Below the pieces are notes generated by a model. That model made no database searches and had not been told where the DNA came from. It saw only the letters and a program-made list of their open reading frames with translations. Of a stretch of DNA of 64,000 nucleotides, positions 12,387 through 24,492 are shown piece by piece. Both the position numbers and the translations under genes were made by a program. This stretch comes from an uncultured Chloroflexia bacterium (lineage in GTDB: Bacteria > Chloroflexota > Limnocylindria > QHBO01), in the NCBI GenBank assembly GCA_963825525.1, contig CAWGTN010000001.1, positions 128,001 through 192,000 of the forward strand, read 5' to 3'. Within the stretch, counting starts at the first letter, position 1. The number at the start of each line of letters is the position of its first letter.

Positions 12387-14291
12387 TTGACCGAAGAGAT
12401 GAACGAGGCACCGAAGGCGCCCGAAAGCGCCGAGGCAGCCGAGACGACGACCGCGGATGAGGCGGCGACCCAGCCCGAAGAAGCGACCGAGGCCCCAGGG
12501 CCGATCGCCGAAGCCGAGGCCGCACCGCCCGGGGAGCCGGAGGCGCCGGCCGAAGCCGACGCAGCCGCCGAGCCCCCCGTCGTGGAGGCCCCGGCACCTG
12601 AAGTCGAGGCGACGTCCGAGAGCGACGATGCAACACCCGCCGCTGATGCGCCGGCCGCTGAGGCCGAGCCCGTGGCTGAGGCCGAGCCCGTAGCCGAAGT
12701 GTCTGAGTCCGAGCCCGAGCCGCAGCCGAGCCGAGCCGCAGCTGCAGTGGCCGAGCCCGCAGCTGCAGTGGCCGAGCCCGCAGCCGCAGAGGCCGAGCCG
12801 GCCACCGATGATGCGCCGGCACCCGTGCCCCCGACCAACGAGTCGATGTCCATGGCCGAGCTGCTCGACCATCCGGATCACGAGGTCAAGAGCCTCAAGC
12901 ACGGGGACGTCGTCGAGGGCACTGTCGTTCGAATCGACCCCGATGAGATCCTCGTCGACTTCGGTGGCAAGAGCGAGGGCGTGGTCAGCAACCGCGAGCT
13001 CATGAATCGCCGCGGTCCCCGCGACGGTGAGGACAACAAGCAGGAGCTGAACGTCGGTGACGAGGTGCTCGTCTACGTTCTCCAGCCGGAGTCACCGGAG
13101 GGCCATGCCGTCCTCTCGCTGCGCCGTGCCGGGCTCGAGCGCAAGTGGCGCGCGATGCAGGAGCGATTCGACGCGGGCGAGATCGTCGAGGCGCGCGTCA
13201 TCGACCACAACAAGGGTGGCCTGATCGTCGACCTGGGCGTGCGCGGCTTCGTGCCGATCAGCCAGATCGTGGACTTCCCACGCCGTCCGCGCGACGAGCA
13301 GCCGCGCGACGCCGCCCAGGAGATTGCGGAGAAGCTGCAGCCATTCGTCGGCCGCACGCTGCGCCTCAAGATCCTCGAGGTGAACCGCAAGGCCAACCGG
13401 CTCATCCTCTCGGAGAAGGTCGCCCTGTACGAGGAGCGCCGCGAGAAGCGCGACGAGCTCTTCAGCAGCCTGGAGACCGGCCAGAAGGTGACCGGCGTGG
13501 TCCGCAGCATCGCGCCGTTCGGCGTGTTCGTGGACCTCGGCGGGATCGACGGCCTCGTGCACAAGAGCGAGCTCTCCTGGAACAAGGTCAACAACCCCGA
13601 GACCGCTCACCAGATCGGCGAGGAGGTCGAGGCCGAGGTCATCGACATCAACCACGAGCGTGGTCGGATCAGCCTCTCCATTCGGCGCCTCCAGCCCGAC
13701 CCGTGGCAGGAGTCGGTCGCGAAGTACAAGATCGGGGACGTGATCGAGGGAACCGTCACGAAGCTCGTGAACTTCGGTGCCTTCGTGCGGGTCGAGGAAG
13801 GCCTCGAAGGCCTGATCCACATCAGCGAGCTGTCCAACCAGCGGGTTGCCCATCCGGGCGACGTGGTCCAGGAGGGCCAGGAGATCAAGCTGCGGATCAT
13901 CAGCCTCGACTCCGAGCGTCACCGACTTGGCCTCAGCCTCAAGCAGGCCGAGGATCGAGCCGCCCCGGCGCCGAGAGAAGATCGTCCGCGGCGGGACCGC
14001 GCTCCCCGGCGGGACCGCTTCGAATACCGACCCGAGGACGCCACGGCCGAGCCCGAAGGCGGGATCGACAACACGATGGCGGCGGCCTTCGCCAGCTCCG
14101 GGCTGCTCGACCAGTTCCGGGCCGATGAGGAAGCCGCCAACGAGGCGGCCGATGCGCCGGCCGACGAGCCCGCTGAGGTTGCGGCCGAGCCGACCGCTGA
14201 CGCGGCGTCCAACGGCGTGACAGCCGAAGAGGCGCCGGAGCCCGAGCACGAGCCCGAGCCCGAGCCCGAGTCGGAAGAGGCCAAGGCCTAG
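12387..14291 (+). CDS. rpsA: 30S ribosomal protein bS1 (4 S1 domains, long acidic N- and C-terminal extensions)
   Basis: Four S1 repeats ([50 protein letters not shown]); start codon uncertain. Confidence 0.93.
   Translation: MTEEMNEAPKAPESAEAAETTTADEAATQPEEATEAPGPIAEAEAAPPGEPEAPAEADAAAEPPVVEAPAPEVEATSESDDATPAADAPAAEAEPVAEAEPVAEVSESEPEPQPSRAAAAVAEPAAAVAEPAAAEAEPATDDAPAPVPPTNESMSMAELLDHPDHEVKSLKHGDVVEGTVVRIDPDEILVDFGGKSEGVVSNRELMNRRGPRDGEDNKQELNVGDEVLVYVLQPESPEGHAVLSLRRAGLERKWRAMQERFDAGEIVEARVIDHNKGGLIVDLGVRGFVPISQIVDFPRRPRDEQPRDAAQEIAEKLQPFVGRTLRLKILEVNRKANRLILSEKVALYEERREKRDELFSSLETGQKVTGVVRSIAPFGVFVDLGGIDGLVHKSELSWNKVNNPETAHQIGEEVEAEVIDINHERGRISLSIRRLQPDPWQESVAKYKIGDVIEGTVTKLVNFGAFVRVEEGLEGLIHISELSNQRVAHPGDVVQEGQEIKLRIISLDSERHRLGLSLKQAEDRAAPAPREDRPRRDRAPRRDRFEYRPEDATAEPEGGIDNTMAAAFASSGLLDQFRADEEAANEAADAPADEPAEVAAEPTADAASNGVTAEEAPEPEHEPEPEPESEEAKA
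12657..12800 (+). repeat. in-frame 18-bp and 21-bp tandem repeats in the rpsA N-terminal extension
   Basis: GCTGAGGCCGAGCCCGTR x2 (AEAEPV); GCAGCTGCAGTGGCCGAGCCC x2 plus a degenerate third copy (AAAVAEP). Confidence 0.85.
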
Positions 14292-14330
14292 TCCCATCGC
14301 GGCCGGGAACGCCGGCCGCGTCTCGATCAG

Positions 14331-14368
14331 GAGAGGAGCGAGGCCCGATCGGCTCGCTCCTCTCGTTT
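14331..14368 (+). terminator. intrinsic terminator after rpsA
   Basis: 12-bp stem GAGAGGAGCGAG/CTCGCTCCTCTC followed by GTTT. Confidence 0.8.
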
Positions 14369-14504
14369 GCGCGCGGAACGATGATCGAATCGGCGCCGTC
14401 CAGCGTATCCATAGGTGACGGGCCGATGCGTCGCTCGGCGTGAGCGACGTGCGGTGCCGGTGCCGTACACTCATCCCAAGACCCACGCACGAAAGCGGGC
14501 GACC

Positions 14505-16991
<2,487 letters not shown>

Positions 16992-17064
16992 TCAACCGAT
17001 AAGCTCGCGGTAACGCCCGGGCGCCATCGTCGGCGTATCGAGCACCCGTCGGACCCGGAGCAGC

Positions 17065-18439
17065 GTGCCAGCCGCCAAGACCACCTACCTCTGCCAGCAG
17101 TGCGGCGCGTCCTCGCCGAAATGGGCGGGACAATGCCCTTCTTGTTCGGCGTGGAATACCCTGGTCGAGACCATCGCGGTGCCTCGCTCGACGTCGCGTC
17201 AGCCGTCGGCCGCTCGCGCGGTAGCCGGTTCCTCGGCCGTTTCGCCCATCGCTGACATCACCAGCGCCGAGGCAGCGCGCACGACATCGGGGATGGGAGA
17301 GGTCGATCGCGTCCTCGGCGGTGGCTTCGTGCCGGGTTCGATCGTCCTCATCGGCGGCGATCCCGGCATCGGCAAATCGACGTTGCTCCTCCAGCTCGCG
17401 GCTCGCATCGCCCGGGATGGCGGACGAGCGCTGTACGTGACCGCCGAGGAGTCGAAGTCGCAGGTCCGTGGTCGGGCCGAGCGCATCGGCGGGGTGGTGG
17501 ATGGGCTCGACCTGGCCGCAACGACGGACCTCGAGACGACCCTGGCGGCCATCGAGGCGACGAGCCCCACGCTGGCGGTGGTGGACAGCGTCCAGACGCT
17601 GGCGAGCTCGGAGCTCAGCGGCCCCGCCGGCAGCGTCGGCCAGGTGCGCGAGGTTGCCGCCCGGCTGGCCGAGGTGGCCAAGGCCGGGCAGACGTGCATC
17701 GCGCTGGTCGGGCATGTGACCAAGGAAGGCACGGTCGCCGGTCCGCGGACCCTCGAGCATCTCGTGGACGCGGTCATCTACCTGGAGGGGGAGCGGCTGG
17801 GGTCCACGCGTCTCCTTCGGGCCGCGAAGAACCGATTCGGCTCGACCGATGAGGTCGGCGTGCTGGAGATGCGCGGCGACGGCCTCGCCGAAGTCGACGA
17901 CGCCAGCCGATTCTTCCTGGAGTCCGAGGAAGCGCCGACCGCCGGCTCCGCGGTGACGATCGCGCTCGAGGGCACGCGTCCGCTGGCCGTCGAGATCCAG
18001 GCCCTGTCGGCGGCATCGAGCTATGGATCGCCTCGGCGCGCCACCACGGGGATCGACGCCAACCGCGTGCTCATGCTCATCGCGGTCCTGGCGCGACACG
18101 CAGGTCTCAACCTGAGCGGGCACGACGTCTACGTGAACGTGGCCGGTGGTCTGCGCATCGACGAGCCGGCGGCCGACCTTGCGATCGCCACGGCTCTCGC
18201 GTCGAGCCTGCGCGAACGCCCGGTGCAGCGAGGTGATCGTGCTGGCCGGTGAGGTGGCGCTGTCCGGACGCCTGCGCGCCGCGATGCGGGCGGACCGCCG
18301 CCTCGCCGAGGCTCGACGCCTCGGATTCACGCGCCTGGTGACCGGTCCGACGCGCGGCGAACGCCAGGCGGCACGGACCGATGGCCTTCATGTCGCGGCC
18401 ACCATCCGGGACGCGCTCGAGCAGTCACTCGACACCTGA
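17065..18439 (+). CDS. radA: DNA repair protein RadA/Sms (+1 frameshift ~18228)
   Basis: Zinc finger CQQCG..WAGQCPSC, GDPGIGKST, KNRFG, GEVALSG in the shifted frame. Confidence 0.96.
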
Positions 18440-18457
18440 GCGCGAACCCGGCGTTCG

Positions 18458-18486
18458 TGGACTGCATCGGACCGGCGTGCTAGGGT
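18458..18486 (+). promoter_or_regulatory. possible promoter for PIN/TRAM-ispDF-rlmB
   Basis: TGGACT-17 nt-TAGGGT with extended -10 TG. Confidence 0.4.
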
Positions 18487-18585
18487 AATTCGCCTCGCGC
18501 GGTGTCGCGAGACGGAGGTCGGGCCGATCATTCATCAACGGGCCGCCGCCGCCATTCATTCGCTTCATCTCGGAATCATCACCCC

Positions 18586-19656
18586 ATGACCCGCATCATC
18601 CAGTTCACGGGTGCCATGCTGGGCACCCTCATCGGCTTTGCGCTCGGGCTCGCACTGCTCCAGCGCGCCGGCGACCTGATCGAACCGGCCAACCGGCCCG
18701 CGTTCCTGACGGCGTTCGTGGTCGCCACGCTCCTGTTCGGCTACCTGGCGATCCCGTACATCACGATCTACCCGGTTCGGCGCGCCGTCGATGTGCTCGC
18801 CGATGCGGATGCCGGCGAGTTCGGCCTTGGCGTTGCCGCCATCGTCATCGGCCTGCTGATGGGCGTCCTGGTCGGCGTGCCGCTGGCCCAGGTCGGCGGT
18901 CCGATCGGATCGTTCGCTCCACCCATCGTGGCCATCTTCCTGGCGATCATGATGCTCGGCGCCACGATGCAGAAGCGGGACGTCCTGCTGCCCGCCATCG
19001 CCAACTGGATCCCCGGCGCGCGGAGCCGCGGGCCGTCGAACCGGGTGGTGGTCGACACGAGTGCCGTGATCGACGGGCGCATCGTCGATATCGCCCGCAC
19101 CGGGTTCGTCCTCGGCACGCTCATCATCACCCGCTTCGTGCTGGACGAGCTGCAGCGCATCGCCGACTCGCCGGATGCGATGCGCCGCAATCGCGGACGC
19201 CGCGGTCTCGAGATGCTGTCGGCGCTCCAGAAGGACGCAACCACGTCCGTCGAAGTGAGCGAGGACACGTATCCCGAGGTCGAGGAGGTTGACGCCAAGC
19301 TCATGGCCTACGCGCGAGACCATGGCTCGGCCATCCTGACCAACGACTACAACCTGAATCGGGTTGCCGACCTGCAGGGCATCCGGGTGCTCAACATCAA
19401 CGAGCTCGCCAACGCCGTGAAGACTGTGCTCCACCCCGGCGAGGAGATGACGGTGCGCATCATCCAGGAGGGCAAGGAGGCCGGCCAGGGCGTCGGCTAC
19501 CTCGACGACGGGACGATGATCGTGGTCGAGGGAGGCCAGCGTCACATGGACAGGGAGCTGCCCATCACGGTCACCCGCGTCCTGCAGACGGTCGCCGGCC
19601 GCATGATCTTCGCCCAGCCCAGCACCGACGAGGGCCCGAAGCCTGTGAGCCGATGA
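18586..19656 (+). CDS. PIN/TRAM domain membrane protein (YacL-like)
   Basis: Four TM helices, then VDTSAVIDGRI, RGRRGLEML, TNDYNLN, GVGYLDDGTMIVVE, QTVAGRMIFA. Confidence 0.93.
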   Translation: MTRIIQFTGAMLGTLIGFALGLALLQRAGDLIEPANRPAFLTAFVVATLLFGYLAIPYITIYPVRRAVDVLADADAGEFGLGVAAIVIGLLMGVLVGVPLAQVGGPIGSFAPPIVAIFLAIMMLGATMQKRDVLLPAIANWIPGARSRGPSNRVVVDTSAVIDGRIVDIARTGFVLGTLIITRFVLDELQRIADSPDAMRRNRGRRGLEMLSALQKDATTSVEVSEDTYPEVEEVDAKLMAYARDHGSAILTNDYNLNRVADLQGIRVLNINELANAVKTVLHPGEEMTVRIIQEGKEAGQGVGYLDDGTMIVVEGGQRHMDRELPITVTRVLQTVAGRMIFAQPSTDEGPKPVSR

Positions 19657-20858
19657 CCACGACGAGCCCCTTCGCCGCCATCCTCGTCGCCGCCGGAAGC
19701 AGCCGCCGGATGGGTGCCGACAAGCTGTGGACCGATTTCTGGGGTCGCCCGACGTGGCGCTGGGGGCTCGACGTCCTCCTGGCCCATCCGGCCCTCCTGC
19801 ATGTTGCGATCGTGGTTCCGGCCGGGTCGGAGCCGCGGTTCCATGACGCACTTCCCGATGACGACCGATGCCTGGTCCTCGCCGGCGGCGACACCCGCGC
19901 GGACTCCGTCATCGCGGGGCTTTGGGCCCTCACCGGCGCGGGGCATGGCGACGAGACCCTCGTGCTGGTCCACGACGCGGCGCGCCCCGCGGTCACGCCC
20001 GAGCTCGTCGATGTCGTGGCGACCGCCCTTGCCGCGGAGGGCGGCGACCGGGCGGTCGTCCCGGTGGTTCCCGTCGTCGATTCGCTGAAGCGCGTCCGGG
20101 GCGGGCGCGTGGTGGCTCCCATCGAGCGCGAGGAGGTGGCCGCGGCACAGACGCCTCAGGCCGCGACGCTCGGCGCCCTGCGGGCGGCAATCGAGGAGGC
20201 CCACGTCTGGGGTCGCCCGATCACCGATGACGCGGGTGCTCTCGCCGCTGCCGGCGTGCCGGTGGTCACCGTCCCCGGCGATCCGAGCAACCGCAAGCTG
20301 ACCGATCCGGCCGACGTTGCCCCGATGCGGGCGATCCTGTCCCAGCGCGTCGCCGCGCTCGATGGAGACATGGCGTCGGAGCCGGGGCGCTCCGGGATCG
20401 GGTTCGACGCGCACAGGTTGGTCGAGGGCCGCCCGATGCAATTGGGCGGGATCGGCTGGGCTGACGAGCCTCGGGGCCCGCTGGGTCACTCGGACGGCGA
20501 CGCCGTACTCCACGCCATCATCGATGCGGTGCTGGGAGCCGCGGCGCTCGGCGACATCGGCTCGCTGTTCCCGGGTGACGTCGTGGCGGAGGGCGCGGAC
20601 TCGGCCGAGCTGTTGAGCCGAACGATCGGGCACCTCGCGGACCATGGCTGGCGGCCTCGCAGCGTGGACGTCTCGGTCGCCACGTCCCGACCGGCGATCG
20701 CTTCGCGACGGGACGAGCTGGTCGAGCGCATTGCATCGTTGCTCGGCGTCGACGCCGCCAGGGTCTCGATCAAGGGCACCACCTCGGATGGGCTGGGATT
20801 CGCGGGACAGGAGGGCGTGGCCGCCTGGGCGGTCGCCTCCGTCGAGCGGAGCACATGA
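19653..20858 (+). CDS. ispDF: bifunctional IspD/IspF (MEP pathway)
   Basis: AAGSSRRMG, LVHDAARP, AQTPQ, ITDD (IspD) fused in frame to GIGFDAHRL, GHSDGDAVLHA, LGDIG (IspF). Confidence 0.92.
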   Translation: MTTTSPFAAILVAAGSSRRMGADKLWTDFWGRPTWRWGLDVLLAHPALLHVAIVVPAGSEPRFHDALPDDDRCLVLAGGDTRADSVIAGLWALTGAGHGDETLVLVHDAARPAVTPELVDVVATALAAEGGDRAVVPVVPVVDSLKRVRGGRVVAPIEREEVAAAQTPQAATLGALRAAIEEAHVWGRPITDDAGALAAAGVPVVTVPGDPSNRKLTDPADVAPMRAILSQRVAALDGDMASEPGRSGIGFDAHRLVEGRPMQLGGIGWADEPRGPLGHSDGDAVLHAIIDAVLGAAALGDIGSLFPGDVVAEGADSAELLSRTIGHLADHGWRPRSVDVSVATSRPAIASRRDELVERIASLLGVDAARVSIKGTTSDGLGFAGQEGVAAWAVASVERST

Positions 20859-21598
20859 CCGAGTGGATCGGCGGCAGGCGGCCCGTCACCGAGGCGCTGG
20901 CCGCCGGCCGCGATGCGCGTCGCCTGCTGATTGCGGCGAGTGCCCGACCGTCGCCGGAGCTCCGCCAGATCACCGACGCGGCACGAAGGGCGAATCTGCC
21001 GATCGATCGCGTCCCGACCGATCAGCTGACGCGGATCGCCTCGTTCGACGGGCACCAGGGCGTGCTCCTCGAGGTGGGGGAGCGGCGATGGGCGTCGGTC
21101 GACGAGATGCTGGCCCACGCAGACGCGGCGCAGCACGCGCCGCTCGTGCTGGTACTCGAGCATCTCCAGGATCCGACGAACTTCGGAACGCTCCTGCGGT
21201 CCGCCGAGGCCGCCGGCGTGGATGGCGTCATCTTCCCCGAGCGCGGCGCAGCACCGCTCAGCACCGCGGCGGTGAAGGCCAGTGCCGGGGCCAGCGAGCA
21301 CCTCCTGATCGGGCGTCTGCCGACGATCGGCGAGGCGATTCACGAGCTCAAGACCGCCGGCCTGCGCCTGGCGGCGGCGGACCAGGACGCGCCCGCATCG
21401 GCATGGGAGACGGACCTGCGCGGGCACCTGGCCATCGTGGTCGGCAGCGAGGGCAGCGGGCTGTCCGGCGCCACGCGGCGCCGCTGCGACGTGCTCGTCA
21501 GCTTCCCGATGGCCGGACAGGTGGCCAGCCTCAACGCCTCGACCGCCGGCGCGCTCCTGCTGTTCGAGGTCGTGCGGCAGCGATCGGCCGGGGGCTGA
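20855..21598 (+). CDS. rlmB: 23S rRNA Gm2251 2'-O-methyltransferase
   Basis: HQGV, QDPTNFGTLLRSA, KASAGA, GSEGSGL, PMAGQVASLNAS (SPOUT fold). Confidence 0.93.
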   Translation: MTEWIGGRRPVTEALAAGRDARRLLIAASARPSPELRQITDAARRANLPIDRVPTDQLTRIASFDGHQGVLLEVGERRWASVDEMLAHADAAQHAPLVLVLEHLQDPTNFGTLLRSAEAAGVDGVIFPERGAAPLSTAAVKASAGASEHLLIGRLPTIGEAIHELKTAGLRLAAADQDAPASAWETDLRGHLAIVVGSEGSGLSGATRRRCDVLVSFPMAGQVASLNASTAGALLLFEVVRQRSAGG

Positions 21599-21639
21599 GC
21601 GGGATCGCGCATCGAACTTGCTACACTCGCCCACGGCGC

Positions 21640-21714
21640 GCCGAGGTAGCTCAATGGCAGAGCATCGGTTTTGTAAACCGACGGTTGTGGGTTCGACTCC
21701 CACCCTCGGCTCCA
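21640..21714 (+). tRNA. tRNA-Thr (TGT)
   Basis: GCCGAGG/CCTCGGC acceptor, loop TTTGTAA, CCA; extended -10 TGcTACACT at 21619-21627. Confidence 0.97.
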
Positions 21715-21785
21715 GTTGAGGCGGCCGGGTGCGTCTGATACCATCGGCGACCGTCGGCGACGCACCACGCGCCGGCATCCATCGT

Positions 21786-21870
21786 GGGTAGGTTGAGCAG
21801 GTGGTGAGCTCCGCTGACTGTAGATCAGCCGTCTTCGACTGTGGGGGTTCGATTCCCTCCCTGCCCACCA
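21786..21870 (+). tRNA. tRNA-Tyr (GTA), class II, with G37
   Basis: GGGTAGG/CCTGCCC acceptor, anticodon arm GCTGA-CTGTAGA-TCAGC, long variable arm, A73, CCA. Confidence 0.93.
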
Positions 21871-22016
21871 CTGCTTTCCATCCGAAGAGCCGCCGAACCG
21901 CGACAGATCCTGGGCTTCCGGTATAGATTTACCGAGATTGACCAAGAGTTGTCGAGTATCGGTTCATCCTGCGACACTGCAGAAGCCCGCCGACCGCGGG
22001 TGACGCATCGACGCGC

Positions 22017-22092
22017 GCCCACGTAGCTCAGTCGGCAGAGCACTTCCTTGGTAAGGAAGAGGTCTCCGGTTCGAACCCGGACGTGGGCTCCA
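22017..22092 (+). tRNA. tRNA-Thr (GGT)
   Basis: GCCCACG/CGTGGGC acceptor, loop TTGGTAA, CCA. Confidence 0.97.
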
Positions 22093-22142
22093 CCTTCGTT
22101 CGTGCGTCCAGCCGATCGCAGCGCAGGAGGGGTCTTCCGGCG

Positions 22143-23177
22143 GTGGATCCCAACGTCGTCCTTCCGTTCCTGAGCACCGTGCTGTCGTTCGGCTTTGCCG
22201 TGCTCGTCGGCGACCAGTGGCTGCGACGCCGCCAGCCCTACCAGCTGGTCTGGACGCTGGGGCTCCTGTGGTACGGGATCGGAGCCGGCACCGAGCTGCT
22301 CGGCAGTGCATTCGGCTGGAACGAGGCGCTGTACCGCACCTGGTACCTGTTCGGCGCCTTCGGCGTGGCCGCCTACCTGGGCCTGGGAACGGTATTCCTG
22401 CTCAACCGGACTCGGTTCGGCTACGTCGTGGCGTTCAGCGTCTTTGCGGGCGGCCTGTTCAGCATCCTGTCGGCCGTGGCGCGGGCGCGCGAAGGCGACC
22501 CGGCCGCAACCTCGACCATCGTCGCGGTCGTCGGGCTTGCCACCCTGGCCGCCGTGAGCCTTGCCGTCATCACCCGCGTGCGTCGACCCTGGATGGCGCC
22601 GACCACGGCCGTGTTCCTTGGCCTGGCATCGGTGGTTGTCGCCGTCCTGACCCTGACGGCCCCGATCACGGCGCCGGGCTTCCACATCGACGCCACGGGG
22701 GTGCCGACCGGCGAGGCATTCCCGTCCGACCTGCGCATTCTGACGCCGCCATTCAACATCGCCGGGGCCTTCTCGCTGGTCTTCGGCGCCGTCTACTCCG
22801 CGTACATCTTCATGCCCAAGGTTCGGGTGCTGCGGGTGACCGGCGGGCCGCCGGTGATCGGCGCGCTGGGACGCGCGGCCGCCGTCGTCGTGAACTTCTT
22901 CGCGTCGCTCCCTGCCGCGGGGCGGGCCCTCCGCGCCGGCCAGCTGAACTCGCGGGTGCCGGCCACCATCCTGATCGCCATCGGCGGCTTCATCCCGGGC
23001 TGGACGAGCGGCCTGAACCGTTTCGGCGTGACCTGGGCGTTCTTCCTCGGCGAGCTGCTCGGGGTGATCTTCATCTTCACCGGCTTCCTCGTGAGCATCG
23101 AGGTCTTCAGCGACGTCCGGCTGCCGTTCACCCGGATCGTGCTGCGCAGGAGAGACACCGAGTCGGAGCTGCGTTGA
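22143..23177 (+). CDS. multi-pass membrane protein, hypothetical
   Basis: AGGAGG RBS before GTG 22143; about 9-10 hydrophobic segments; strong GC3 bias. Confidence 0.85.
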   Translation: MDPNVVLPFLSTVLSFGFAVLVGDQWLRRRQPYQLVWTLGLLWYGIGAGTELLGSAFGWNEALYRTWYLFGAFGVAAYLGLGTVFLLNRTRFGYVVAFSVFAGGLFSILSAVARAREGDPAATSTIVAVVGLATLAAVSLAVITRVRRPWMAPTTAVFLGLASVVVAVLTLTAPITAPGFHIDATGVPTGEAFPSDLRILTPPFNIAGAFSLVFGAVYSAYIFMPKVRVLRVTGGPPVIGALGRAAAVVVNFFASLPAAGRALRAGQLNSRVPATILIAIGGFIPGWTSGLNRFGVTWAFFLGELLGVIFIFTGFLVSIEVFSDVRLPFTRIVLRRRDTESELR

Positions 23178-23203
23178 CATCGGCGAGTCCTCAGCCGTAG
23201 AAT
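23174..23203 (+). promoter_or_regulatory. promoter for rpmG-trnW-secE-nusG-rplKA
   Basis: TTGACA-18 nt-TAGAAT. Confidence 0.75.
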
Positions 23204-23291
23204 CTGATGGCTTTCCCCCGGTCCTCGGCCCTAGTTCAGCGTGGCCGCCGTACGGTGTGGTCGGGGGTTGACGACGAGGAATGAGAACCAA

Positions 23292-23456
23292 GTGGCCAAG
23301 GCCGAGAATCGACCCGTGATCGCACTGGCGTGCACCGTCTGCAAGGAGCGCACGTACAGCACACGCAAGAACAAGCGCAACGACCCGGGCCGGATGGAGC
23401 TGAACAAGTTCTGTCCGCGATGCCGCCAGCATCAGCTGCACCGGGAGACGAAGTAG
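23292..23456 (+). CDS. rpmG: 50S ribosomal protein bL33 (zinc type)
   Basis: [32 protein letters not shown]. Confidence 0.96.
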   Translation: MAKAENRPVIALACTVCKERTYSTRKNKRNDPGRMELNKFCPRCRQHQLHRETK

Positions 23457-23468
23457 GGCCGTGTTCGG

Positions 23469-23544
23469 AGGGGCGTAGCTCAATTGGTAGAGCACTGGTC
23501 TCCAAAACCAGCGGTTGCAGGTTCAAGTCCTGTCGCCCCTGCCA
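23469..23544 (+). tRNA. tRNA-Trp (CCA)
   Basis: AGGGGCG/CGCCCCT acceptor, loop CTCCAAA, G73, CCA. Confidence 0.98.
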
Positions 23545-23595
23545 CCCCGAACCCGCCAACGATCCATACGCCGTAGCAGGAAGTACGAGCCAATC

Positions 23596-23778
23596 GTGTT
23601 GACCGGCATCCGCCGCTATCTGGTCGAGAGCTGGGCCGAGCTGAAGAAGGTCGCCTGGCCCACCCGCGAGACCGTCATCCGCCTGACCCTCCTGGTCATC
23701 GCGGTGTCGTTCGCCGTGGGGGTGTACATCTTCGTGCTCGACAGGATCTTCAACACGCTCGTGGACCAGGTGATCTAA
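23596..23778 (+). CDS. secE: preprotein translocase SecE
   Basis: ELKKVAWPTR plus one TM helix; lies between trnW and nusG. Confidence 0.95.
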   Translation: MLTGIRRYLVESWAELKKVAWPTRETVIRLTLLVIAVSFAVGVYIFVLDRIFNTLVDQVI

Positions 23779-24411
23779 ATGGCTGATGAGACGACGACCG
23801 CCAACGAGGAGCGCAACGAGGCGCGCGAGGCCGCACGCCTCTCTCGCGAGGCGCCCCGACCCGGCGACATGCCCGAGGCGGATCGCACGAAGAAGCAGTG
23901 GTACGTGATCCACACGTATTCCGGCTACGAGAACAAGGTGAAGACGAACCTCGAGCACCGCATCGAGTCGATGGGTGTGGAGGACCAGATCTACCAGGTG
24001 CTGGTCCCCATGGAGGAAGAGATCGAGATCCGCAACGGCCAGCGCCAGACCGTGAACCGCAAGGTGTTCCCGGGCTACGTGCTGGTCGAGATGGCGATGA
24101 GCGACGAGAGCTGGTACGTCGTGCGCAACACGCCGGGCGTCACCTCGTTCGTCGGCTCGGGCAACCGCCCGCTGCCGCTCGACGAGATGGAGGTCAAGAA
24201 GATCCTCAAGCAGATGGGGGTCGAGACGCCGAAGTTCAAGGTCCAGTACAGCAAGGGCCAGAGCGTCCGCGTCAAGGATGGACCGTTCGCCGAGTTCATC
24301 GGCACGGTCGACGAGGTCAACCCCGAGCGCAACAAGGTCAAGGTGCTCGTCAGCATCTTCGGCCGCGAGACGCCGGTCGAGCTCGACTTCCTTCAGATCG
24401 AGAAGCTCTAA
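23779..24411 (+). CDS. nusG: transcription elongation factor NusG
   Basis: [24 protein letters not shown] domain, [10 protein letters not shown]. Confidence 0.98.
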   Translation: MADETTTANEERNEAREAARLSREAPRPGDMPEADRTKKQWYVIHTYSGYENKVKTNLEHRIESMGVEDQIYQVLVPMEEEIEIRNGQRQTVNRKVFPGYVLVEMAMSDESWYVVRNTPGVTSFVGSGNRPLPLDEMEVKKILKQMGVETPKFKVQYSKGQSVRVKDGPFAEFIGTVDEVNPERNKVKVLVSIFGRETPVELDFLQIEKL

Positions 24412-24447
24412 GAACCGATGGCGGCGCATCCGCGCCGCCGCAAGCAA

Positions 24448-24481
24448 GAGGGAGGGGCGTGAACCGCCCCGTCAGAACCTC
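24448..24481 (+). promoter_or_regulatory. probable uL1-binding autoregulatory leader upstream of rplK
   Basis: GAGGGAG-GGGCG/CGCCC hairpin-CCTC, resembling the L1-site mimic found before rplK. Confidence 0.6.
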
Positions 24482-24492
24482 GGAGGAGACAG

